Shown here piece by piece: positions 47,210-53,725 of a stretch of 53,725 nt of DNA (position 1 is the stretch's first letter; every line of letters starts with the position of its first letter). Under the pieces are notes generated by a model, which was given only the letters and a program-made list of their open reading frames with translations, did no database searches and was not told the origin of the DNA. Both the position numbers and the translations under genes were made by a program. The DNA comes from Acidobacteriota bacterium. GTDB taxonomy: Bacteria; Acidobacteriota; Thermoanaerobaculia; UBA5066; Gp7-AA6. The stretch covers positions 1 to 53,725 of the forward strand of contig JBBQKV010000002.1 of the NCBI GenBank assembly GCA_038327245.1. Direction: 5' to 3'.

Positions 47210-47697
47210 GGGCGGGCCTCCTGGAAGAGCTGAGCGAGACGCGCGCGCGTGACCGAAAGCTCCTCGGGAACCACGCGCACGCCGCCGGCGACCGTCATGA
47301 AGTTCGTGTCACCGCTCCAGCGGGGAACGACGTGGACGTGGTAGTGGTCCTCCACTCCGGCTCCGGCCGCGGACCCCAGGTTGACGCCGACGTTCAGGCC
47401 GTCCGTCCGATAGGTCTCGGACAGGATCTTCTCCCCCCGCGCCACCGTCTCGATCAGCTCGGTGAGCGTTTCGCCGTCGGACTGGGAAAGCCGGGAGTGG
47501 TGATCGTAGGGAGCGACCATCAGGTGGCCGTTGGTGTACGGATACCGATTGAGGAGCGCGAAGACACGGCGGCCCCGATGCACGATGAGCGACTCCTCCT
47601 CGTCCGCGTCGGCCGCGGCCTCGCAGAAGATGCAGGTTTTCGATTTCTCCGCCACGAGGTACTCGTAACGCCAGGGGGCGAAGAGGACTTCCGGCAT
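47206..47697 (-). CDS. HIT-family nucleotide hydrolase/transferase
   Basis: ...CIFCE...LLNRYPYTNGHLMVAP...GVEDHYHVHVVPRW (HxHxHxx histidine triad). Confidence 0.85.
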   Translation of the reverse strand: MPEVLFAPWRYEYLVAEKSKTCIFCEAAADADEEESLIVHRGRRVFALLNRYPYTNGHLMVAPYDHHSRLSQSDGETLTELIETVARGEKILSETYRTDGLNVGVNLGSAAGAGVEDHYHVHVVPRWSGDTNFMTVAGGVRVVPEELSVTRARLAQLFQEARP

Positions 47698-47731
47698 AAG
47701 TAGCTATCGGCCGTCAGCGTTGCGCGGACAG

Positions 47732-48007
47732 CTACTTATTGATCAGCTCCTTCAACTCCTTGCCCGGCTTGAAGTAGGGGATCTTTTTCGCGGGAACGTT
47801 CACCTTCACTCCGGTTTTCGGATTCCGACCGATGCGGGCCCCTCGCTCCCGGAGCCGGAACGAGCCGAACCCTCGCAGCTCGATCTTCTGCCCCTGCTTC
47901 AGGGAACGGATGATCGCCTCGAAGATCGTGTCCACGACCGCTTCGGCCTGCTTCTTGGTGACGTCCGTCGCGACCGCAACACGCTCGATCAGTTCTGCCT
48001 TCGTCAT
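47732..48007 (-). CDS. HU/IHF-family DNA-binding protein (IHF-beta-like)
   Basis: MTKAELIERVA...IELRGFGSFRLRERGARIGRNPKTGVKVNVPAKKIPYFKPGKEL. Confidence 0.9.
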   Translation of the reverse strand: MTKAELIERVAVATDVTKKQAEAVVDTIFEAIIRSLKQGQKIELRGFGSFRLRERGARIGRNPKTGVKVNVPAKKIPYFKPGKELKELINK

Positions 48008-48037
48008 CGATAACGTCTCCAGACCGACCGGTGGAGG

Positions 48038-49891
48038 CTACGACTTCGAAGGCGACTCGTCCGCCTTCTTTCGGGTGCGTTTCTTCTTCGGTGCCGCCTC
48101 CTCGGTTCCGCTCTCCGCGGCGGCCCCCACCGGCTCGACCGCCTCGACCGGCTCGGGAACCGCCGCCGGCTGCGCCTCTTCGGCGGAAGCCGCCAGGGCC
48201 TCGTGGGGCTCCTCGGCGGCGACGACGGGGGCGGGGGCGGATGCCGGAAGCGGCTGTCCTCCCTCGTCCACGCCCGAAAGGCCGATCTTCATCTCGCCCT
48301 CGTCGATCCGGAGGATCCGGACGCGGACGGGCTCGCCTTCCCGGAAGTGCTCCTGGGGCTTGTCGCCTCGGGGCAGCGCGGTTTCGGAGACGTGCATGAG
48401 CCCCTCGACCAGGTTTTCGAGCTGGACGAAGACGCCGAAGTCGGCGACCCGGCTCACGATCCCGTCGATCAAATCTCCGGGCTGATGCGCGTCGCGGAAC
48501 GTCTGGAAGTCGTTCGGCTGAAATTCCTTGATCGAGAGCGAGATCCTTCGATTCTCCTCGTCGATGGACGTGATGATCGCCTCGACCTCGTCCCCCTTCT
48601 TCAGGACCTCGGAGGGGTGCTTGATCCGCTTCGTCCAGGACATGTCGGAGACGTGGACGAGCCCGTCCACGCCCTCCTCGATCTCGACGAACGCCCCGAA
48701 GTCCGTCAGGTTTCGGACCTTTCCGTGGACCCGGCTACCGATGGCGTACTTCTGGAGCACCGACTCCCACGGGTCCGGAAGAGTGTCCTTCAGAGACAGC
48801 GAGATGCGCCGCGCGTCCGGATTCACGTCGGAAACGATGGCCTCGACCAGGTCACCCGGCGACACCAGCTTCGACGGGTTCTTCACCTTCTTCGACCAGG
48901 ACATCTCCGAGACGTGGACGAGACCCTCGACGCCCTCCTCGAGTTCGACGAAGGCGCCGTAGTCCGTCACGTTGGTGACCCGGCCGCTCACGCGCGAGCC
49001 CGCGGGGTACCGGCCGGGCACGTGCGCCCAGGGGTCTTCGGTCAGCTGCTTGGTCCCGAGGGATACGCGCTCGGTCTCGCGGTCGAACTTCAGCACGACG
49101 ACGTCGATCTCGTCTGCCACCTTCACCAGGTCGGACGGGTGGTTGACGCGGCCCCACGACATGTCCGTGACGTGGAGAAGGCCGTCTAAGCCACCCAGGT
49201 CCACGAACGCGCCGTAGTCCGTGAGGTTCTTCACGACTCCGCGCAGGACGCGCCCCTCTTCCAGGAGCTGCAGCGTCTCGCGCTTGCGCGCCTCCTGCTC
49301 GATCTCGACGACCGCCTTGCGGGAGAGGACGATGTTGCCGCGCTTCTTGTCGACCGAGATCACCTTGAAATCGAGCTCCTTGCCCCGGAGCGACTCCAGG
49401 TTCTTGACGGGTTTGACGTCGACGAGCGAGCCCGGCAGGAAGGCCTTCACGCCGATATCGACGGCGAGCCCCCCCTTGATCCGGTCGATCACCCGGCCCC
49501 GGACGGTCGAGCCGGAGCGATAAGACCGCTCCACCTCGTCCCAGACCTTCATCTTCTCGGCTTTGTCCTTGGAGAGGACGACGTAGCCGTTCTGGTCCTC
49601 GGTGCGTTCCAGCAGGACGTCCACGGCGTCGCCCTCGTGGACGGTCACGTTGCCGGAGAAGTCGGTGAATTCGGCGAGCGAGATGATTCCCTCGGACTTG
49701 TAGCCGATGTCGACGATCACCTCGGAGGGCGTGATCGCCAGGACGCGCCCGCGGATGATCTGGCCCTCCTGGAGATTCTTGAACGAGTTCTCGTATTGGG
49801 CCAGCAGGTGCTCGTACTCCTGCGGCGACAGTTCTTCTTCGGTTTGCATCGGTTCGGCTTGCCGACCCCTTTCGTCGTTTTCACCCGGCAT
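48038..49891 (-). CDS. rpsA: 30S ribosomal protein S1 with a low-complexity, basic C-terminal tail
   Basis: 617 aa with six S1 repeats (e.g. G.V..V...GAFVDLGG.DGLLH.S). The tail is ...EEAAPKKKRTRKKADESPSKS. Confidence 0.96.
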   Translation of the reverse strand: MPGENDERGRQAEPMQTEEELSPQEYEHLLAQYENSFKNLQEGQIIRGRVLAITPSEVIVDIGYKSEGIISLAEFTDFSGNVTVHEGDAVDVLLERTEDQNGYVVLSKDKAEKMKVWDEVERSYRSGSTVRGRVIDRIKGGLAVDIGVKAFLPGSLVDVKPVKNLESLRGKELDFKVISVDKKRGNIVLSRKAVVEIEQEARKRETLQLLEEGRVLRGVVKNLTDYGAFVDLGGLDGLLHVTDMSWGRVNHPSDLVKVADEIDVVVLKFDRETERVSLGTKQLTEDPWAHVPGRYPAGSRVSGRVTNVTDYGAFVELEEGVEGLVHVSEMSWSKKVKNPSKLVSPGDLVEAIVSDVNPDARRISLSLKDTLPDPWESVLQKYAIGSRVHGKVRNLTDFGAFVEIEEGVDGLVHVSDMSWTKRIKHPSEVLKKGDEVEAIITSIDEENRRISLSIKEFQPNDFQTFRDAHQPGDLIDGIVSRVADFGVFVQLENLVEGLMHVSETALPRGDKPQEHFREGEPVRVRILRIDEGEMKIGLSGVDEGGQPLPASAPAPVVAAEEPHEALAASAEEAQPAAVPEPVEAVEPVGAAAESGTEEAAPKKKRTRKKADESPSKS

Positions 49892-49931
49892 GGGACAGGG
49901 ACAACTCCGTCATAAGTCTCTGAAAACGCGA

Positions 49932-49961
49932 AATATACTTTGCTGCTCCTCGCCGAGTCAA
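49932..49961 (-). promoter_or_regulatory. sigma-70-type promoter for rpsA
   Basis: On the minus strand, TTGACT (49961-49956), an 18-nt spacer, then TATATT (49937-49932), about 40 nt upstream of the rpsA ATG. This is the only AT-rich patch in that spacer. Confidence 0.5.
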
Positions 49962-49972
49962 CCAAGGCGCGA

Positions 49973-50000
49973 GGCCGGGCAGGTCCCACGGACCGGACCC
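49973..50000 (-). repeat. stop-adjacent hairpin repeat, degenerate copy D (directly after the cmk stop)
   Basis: UAG-GGGUCCGGUCCGUGGGACCUGCCCGGCC. Shares the GGUCC-loop-GGACCUGC core with copies B and C. Confidence 0.45.
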
Positions 50001-50684
50001 CTACCCCGTTGATAACGCCTTCACCCGTGCCTCCAGCTCGTCCACGATCTCTTCGACCGGCCGGGTGCCCGTATCCACGACGGTATAGCTGTCGTCGCAG
50101 GTGAGCGGCGAGTCGGTCCGGGTCGAGTCGGCAAGGTCCCGGTGCTCGATTTCCGCCCGGACGTCCTCGTAGCCCTGGGGGGTCCCCCGGAGGGCGAGCT
50201 CGCGGGTCCGCCGCTGCGCCCGGACGTCCAGAGGGGCCGTGAGGAAGAACTTGTGGGGCGTCTCGGGGAAGACCCGGGTCCCGATGTCCCGCCCCTCCAG
50301 CACCCCCCCGCTCTTCTCGGCCAGCCGGCGCTGCAGGGAGACGAGCCTCCGCCGGACCGCCGGGATGGCCGACACCGCGGAGGCGTAGAGCGAGATCTCG
50401 GGGAGGCGGATCGCGTCGGTGACGTCACGGCTGTCGAGAAGGACGCGCGTGTCGGCGCCCGAGACGTCGAGCTCGACCGAGGACGCGTCGGCGATCGCGG
50501 CGACCGCGGCGGCCTCCTGGACGGGAAGGGTGATCCCGCGCTCGCGGGCCGCCAGCCCGATCGCGCGATACATGGCGCCGGTGTCAATGTACGGAACGTG
50601 AAGACGGTCGGCGAGCGCCTTCGCCACCGTCGACTTGCCGGCGCCGGAAGGGCCGTCGATCGCGACGACCGGGTGCGAGCTCAC
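50001..50684 (-). CDS. cmk: cytidylate kinase
   Basis: GTG 50684 overlaps the rluB stop (GTGA). VVAIDGPSGAGKSTVAKALADRLHVPYIDTGAMYRA. Confidence 0.93.
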   Translation of the reverse strand: MSSHPVVAIDGPSGAGKSTVAKALADRLHVPYIDTGAMYRAIGLAARERGITLPVQEAAAVAAIADASSVELDVSGADTRVLLDSRDVTDAIRLPEISLYASAVSAIPAVRRRLVSLQRRLAEKSGGVLEGRDIGTRVFPETPHKFFLTAPLDVRAQRRTRELALRGTPQGYEDVRAEIEHRDLADSTRTDSPLTCDDSYTVVDTGTRPVEEIVDELEARVKALSTG

Positions 50685-51430
50685 TTCCGGACCGGGCGGC
50701 CCAGTCGCTGGAGGCGCTCGACCTCGATCGAGAGCAGCGGCCGCCACGCTCCGGCCGCGAGGACCGCGTCCCGGATGGGGCCGATAGCGACCCGCTTCAG
50801 CTTCGAGACGGGGTGCCCGATGGTCTCGAACATCCGGCGGATCTGACGGCTCCGCCCCTCCCTGAGCACGACCTTCAACCAGGAGTTGCCCTCGTCGCCC
50901 CGGGCGGTGGTCGACACGCGGTGAATCTCGCACGGGCGGGTCCTCCGGCCGTCGAGAAAGATCCCGCGGGAGAGCTTCGCGAGCTGAGTCTCGGTGGGGA
51001 TGCCCGAGACCTTCACCTGGTACTCCTTGGTGCAACCGGTGGACGGGTGCGTGACGAGCCGCGCCACCTCTCCGTCGTCCGTCAGCAGCAGAAGGCCTTC
51101 GGTCTGGACGTCGAGCCGGCCGACCGGCTTGATCCCGCGCCGGAGCCCCGGCGGAAGGAGATCGAGCACCGTGTGCCGGCCCTGCGGGTCGTCGACCGTG
51201 GTGACGTAACCCCGCGGCTTGTTGAGGAGCAGATACGACCGCGGGCCCGTCCGGGCCTGCAGCCTCTTTCCATCCACGCGCACAGCGTCCGTGACGAGGT
51301 CCGCGCGTTCGCCGAGCTGTGCCACCTTTCCGTTGACCTTGACGCGGCCTTCGCGGATCCACTCCTCGGCCCCGCGCCGGGAGGCGAGGCCGGCGTCGGC
51401 GATCAACTTCTGGAGGCGGACGGGGGGCAT
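50681..51430 (-). CDS. rluB: pseudouridine synthase, RsuA/RluB family
   Basis: S4 domain (RLQKLIADAGLASRRGAEEWIREGRVKVNG), catalytic PVGRLDVQTEGLLLLTDDG, and ...REGRSRQIRRM. Confidence 0.9.
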   Translation of the reverse strand: MPPVRLQKLIADAGLASRRGAEEWIREGRVKVNGKVAQLGERADLVTDAVRVDGKRLQARTGPRSYLLLNKPRGYVTTVDDPQGRHTVLDLLPPGLRRGIKPVGRLDVQTEGLLLLTDDGEVARLVTHPSTGCTKEYQVKVSGIPTETQLAKLSRGIFLDGRRTRPCEIHRVSTTARGDEGNSWLKVVLREGRSRQIRRMFETIGHPVSKLKRVAIGPIRDAVLAAGAWRPLLSIEVERLQRLGRPVRK

Positions 51431-51433
51431 GGG

Positions 51434-51439
51434 TCTAGC
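51434..51439. repeat. target-site duplication TCTAGC (left)
   Basis: Identical hexamer at 52481-52486, immediately outside both inverted repeats. Fits the NCTAGN target known for IS481. Confidence 0.8.
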
Positions 51440-52480
51440 TGTCAGATCTCAAGAGGTTGTTGACGGAGGCGTTGTGCTGGGGTGCGCTTGCCGAGTGAGG
51501 CATGGGGTCTCCTGAGATTGTAGTGGTTGAGGAAGCGAGGGAGCCGGTCGGTTCGTTGGACTGAGGTTGCGTAGGGTCGTCTGTAGGCCCATTCGCGTAG
51601 CAGGGTCTGGATGAAGCGTTCAGCTTTTCCATTGGTTCTGGGGCGGTAGGGCCTGGTGCGCAGGTGACGGAGCTGGAGTTTCTGGCAGGCGGCCTTGAAC
51701 CGGTGGGAGACGTAGCAGGAGCCGTTATCGGACATCACGGCCTGACAGCGGACGCCGCGGTTCTGGAACCAGGCGACCGAGCGTTTGAGAAAGGCGACGG
51801 AAGAAGGGGATCTTTCGTTGGGCAGGACCTCGGCGTAGGCCATGCGAGAGGCATCGTCGATGGCAACGTGGACGAACTCCCAGCCGATGCCTCGAACGCG
51901 AGTGGTGCGATCTCCATGGATGCGATGGCCGACACGGCCGATCCGGCCCAGCTTCTTGATATCGACGTGGATCAACTCACCTGGGCGATCTCGCTGATAC
52001 CGCAGGACTGGCTCCTTGGGCTCGAGGCTTTTGAGGCGAGCCAGACCGTGACGGGTCAGGATCCGGGCAACCGTAGAGTGAGAAAGACCCACCCGCACGG
52101 AGATCTGCGGACCGGTGTGGCGGCGCCGGCGCAGCCGGATCACCTCCTCGACCCGATCCGGATGAACCTGCTGGGGCATCCGATTGGGTCGGGAACTGCG
52201 ATCCACCAGCGCCGCCTCGCCAGCCTCTCGATGCCGTCGTCTCCACTTCCAAGCACTCTGGCGGCTCAAACCGGCCGCCTCGGCGGCGCTGGTCACCGAC
52301 GTACCTGCCTCGATCCGTTGCACCAGCAGCAGTCGACTGGCCGGGCAACTTCGGGCATTCTTGTGAAGCTCCAGCTGGGCTCCTCCTCGGATGAGTCGGT
52401 GGCGTTAGACACCTCCAGCCTCACCGATCGGGACCCAGATGGGCAACTAACCTACGTAAACAACGTCCTGAGAAATCACA
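51440..52480 (-). mobile_element. IS481-family insertion sequence (1041 bp)
   Basis: The terminal inverted repeats TGTCAGATCTCAAGAGGTTGTTGACGGAGG and TGTGATTTCTCAGGACGTTGTTTACGTAGG match at 23 of 30 positions. There is a single DDE transposase, a 6-bp TSD, and visibly lower G+C than the flanks. Confidence 0.88.
51442..52374 (-). CDS. IS481-family DDE transposase (integrase core)
   Basis: ...LHKNARSCPASRLLLVQRIEAG...LVDRSSRP..., HVDIKKL, SDNGSCY and RPRTNGKAERF (D, D, E). There is no ATG. Start candidates are CTG 52374 (GGAGGAG 6 nt upstream) or GTG 52323 (track). The stop lies inside the left IR. Confidence 0.9.
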   Translation of the reverse strand: MELHKNARSCPASRLLLVQRIEAGTSVTSAAEAAGLSRQSAWKWRRRHREAGEAALVDRSSRPNRMPQQVHPDRVEEVIRLRRRRHTGPQISVRVGLSHSTVARILTRHGLARLKSLEPKEPVLRYQRDRPGELIHVDIKKLGRIGRVGHRIHGDRTTRVRGIGWEFVHVAIDDASRMAYAEVLPNERSPSSVAFLKRSVAWFQNRGVRCQAVMSDNGSCYVSHRFKAACQKLQLRHLRTRPYRPRTNGKAERFIQTLLREWAYRRPYATSVQRTDRLPRFLNHYNLRRPHASLGKRTPAQRLRQQPLEI

Positions 52481-52486
52481 TCTAGC
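52481..52486. repeat. target-site duplication TCTAGC (right)
   Basis: See 51434..51439. Confidence 0.8.
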
Positions 52487-52560
52487 GGCGCCCCGCGCAC
52501 AGCGCGGAAAGGGCGCCGCGTCGTATTCGGGAGCGCGCACTCGACGCGCGCCCGAATACG
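52485..52560 (-). terminator. two consecutive GC-rich hairpins downstream of the DinB-like gene
   Basis: GCGGCGCCC...GGGCGCCGC (52485-52519, 9-bp stem with a nested CGCG hairpin). Then CGTATTCGGG.GCGCG-loop-CGCGC.CCCGAATACG (52522-52560, 10+5 bp). No U-tract. Confidence 0.4.
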
Positions 52561-52595
52561 CTCAAAGGCAGCGCAGACATGACTCGGACACGCCC

Positions 52596-53084
52596 TTAGT
52601 CGAACTCGACGCGCGCCGGGGCCTGCTCGACGCCCACCCGCCCCGCCGCGATGCCGGCTTTGAAGTAGTTCTCCCCTCTCACGGGAGAGCCCGCCATCCT
52701 CCGCAGCATCCCGATCTGGCCGATGTGCGAGAGCGCGTCGGCGATCGGACCCTGGAAGAGCCGTTCCGCCGGGAAGCCCAGGGGCTCGTCCGAGGCGAGC
52801 TGCGCGTCGAAGCGCGCGAGGCCATCGAAGAATCGCGCCACGCCGGCATCCCAGGTCCCGGCGGGCGTGTCGCGGAAGGTTTGCGACCCCTTCGCGAGCA
52901 CGCACGCCCAGTCGAGCAGATCCCCGATGTGGGCCAGGATCTCGCCGGGAGTCCGCGTGCCCTCGCGCGCGCGGAAAACGGAGAAATCCGCGGGCGCATC
53001 GCGCAGGGCCTTCCCTCCGCGATAGGCGAGTGTCGCCACGGTGTGGCGAAGGAGTGCGCGCGCCGCGTCATTCGCGGGTTCCAT
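52596..53084 (-). CDS. DinB/YfiT-like four-helix-bundle family protein
   Basis: 162 aa with ...LLRHTVATLAYR...GEILAHIGDLLDW...ADALSHIGQIGMLRR. The spaced His residues are typical of the DinB superfamily. Moderate confidence. Confidence 0.65.
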   Translation of the reverse strand: MEPANDAARALLRHTVATLAYRGGKALRDAPADFSVFRAREGTRTPGEILAHIGDLLDWACVLAKGSQTFRDTPAGTWDAGVARFFDGLARFDAQLASDEPLGFPAERLFQGPIADALSHIGQIGMLRRMAGSPVRGENYFKAGIAAGRVGVEQAPARVEFD

Positions 53085-53105
53085 CGGAGCCCTCCTTCGC
53101 GTCCC

Positions 53106-53627
53106 TCATGCGCCGCGGATCTTCCGCAGCAGATATTCGGAAACGTGCTCGCCATACTTTCGCCGCAGGTCCGGCCGCCGCCAGTCGTCGCCGGTGATGA
53201 CACCCCGGCAGCTCGCGGCTCCGCAGCGGCACTTCATTTCGTACGAGTCGTCGTCCGTCATGGCCCAGTCATGTGTCAGCTCCTCGCCCCCCTGGACGTC
53301 CCGGAGCGCGACGAAGACGATTTGGCCCCGCACGCCGATGTTCGGCTCGCACGAATGGTTGCTGAAGATCATCGCGCCCTCGCGATCCTCCGGGCGCACC
53401 GGGCCGATGTAGAGCGAGTCGCCGATCTGGATCTCGGCCGGAACGAGCTCTTTCGCGAGCCGGTCGAGCTCCGGCCGCCCGAAGATCGACCCGCCCTTCA
53501 CCGCGACGACCTCGCCTTTCGAGATCGCCTCGGCCGCGAAGAGGCCGCGGCCCTCGATCGCGCTCGCGCGAACCTCGGTCTTCGGGGAGAGCCAGGACAT
53601 GCGCCCGGCGTGCGGGCCGCCGCTCAT
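53106..53627 (-). CDS. SET-domain protein (putative lysine methyltransferase)
   Basis: 173 aa with SAIEGRGLFAAEAISKGEVV, FSNHSCEPN, GEELTHDW, and a post-SET-like CRCGAASCRG. Confidence 0.85.
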   Translation of the reverse strand: MSGGPHAGRMSWLSPKTEVRASAIEGRGLFAAEAISKGEVVAVKGGSIFGRPELDRLAKELVPAEIQIGDSLYIGPVRPEDREGAMIFSNHSCEPNIGVRGQIVFVALRDVQGGEELTHDWAMTDDDSYEMKCRCGAASCRGVITGDDWRRPDLRRKYGEHVSEYLLRKIRGA

Positions 53628-53725
53628 GTCGCGTACTGCGCGGCGCCGTTTCCGAAGGACCAGTTCTCCTTCGCGACCTCGATCAGGTTCACGAACACGT
53701 CCGCGGGGAGCACGCCGGCCCCCGA
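53624..53725 (-). CDS. C-terminal fragment of a tautomerase-like protein (5-prime part beyond the window end)
   Basis: My translation is ...GAGVLPADVFVNLIEVAKENWSFGNGAAQYAT*. This resembles the C-terminus of 4-OT/tautomerase-family proteins. The stop overlaps the SET ATG (ATGA). Confidence 0.35.
   Translation of the reverse strand, partial: SGAGVLPADVFVNLIEVAKENWSFGNGAAQYAT

Noticed and set aside
47698-47737. Palindrome AAGTAGCT...AGCTACTT after the IHF/HU gene as a terminator
   Set aside because: It has an 8-bp AT-rich stem, a 24-nt loop and no U-tract, so it is too weak to call.
51977-52485. ORFs inside or overlapping the IS (51977..52348 minus, 51664..52485 plus)
   Set aside because: They lie out of frame or antisense to the DDE transposase and have no family resemblance.

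Overview
This is a 53.7-kb, very GC-rich bacterial chromosomal segment. I estimate about 70% G+C by eye and did not compute it. It is almost gap-free and holds about 55 genes, nearly all housekeeping.

The plus strand carries two blocks:
- dnaE, cca, an unknown secreted protein, rsmD, metK, ahcY and a DUF190 remnant (1.9-10.7 kb).
- aspA and a membrane protein (35.2-37.4 kb).

Everything else is on the minus strand:
- A fused lptF/lptG permease, a disrupted MerB-like gene, a VOC enzyme, parAB, a BFN nuclease and miaB.
- A long coupled array: recJ, lptC/A-like gene, lptB, rpoN, hpf, ptsN, hprK, rapZ, EIIA-Man, HPr, ptsI, cupin, secreted protein, miaB.
- accA, priA, SOD, a Ser/Thr kinase, UDG, coaBC, rpoZ, gmk, yicC, an msbA-like gene and lpxB.
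- A HIT protein, IHF/HU, rpsA, cmk, rluB, one IS481-family insertion, and DinB-like, SET-domain and tautomerase-like genes.

I found no rRNA, tRNA or CRISPR, and no recognisable defence or secretion island. I do not see a clear multi-gene novel system.

The most unusual items are:
1. A MerB-like gene with an in-frame TGA exactly where the second catalytic Cys should be, followed by a bacterial-SECIS-like hairpin. It also has a 1-nt frame break. It is either a selenoprotein candidate or a pseudogene.
2. A family of hairpin repeats that start directly after stop codons.
3. A precisely delimited IS481-type insertion 9 nt upstream of rluB.
4. Single-polypeptide LptF-LptG and LptC-LptA-like proteins.
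5. A transporter-less regulatory PTS welded onto the lptB-rpoN-hpf-ptsN cluster.

Many long ORFs in the track are alternative-frame or antisense artefacts of the high G+C content and were discarded. An Acidobacteria-like taxonomic origin is only a guess.
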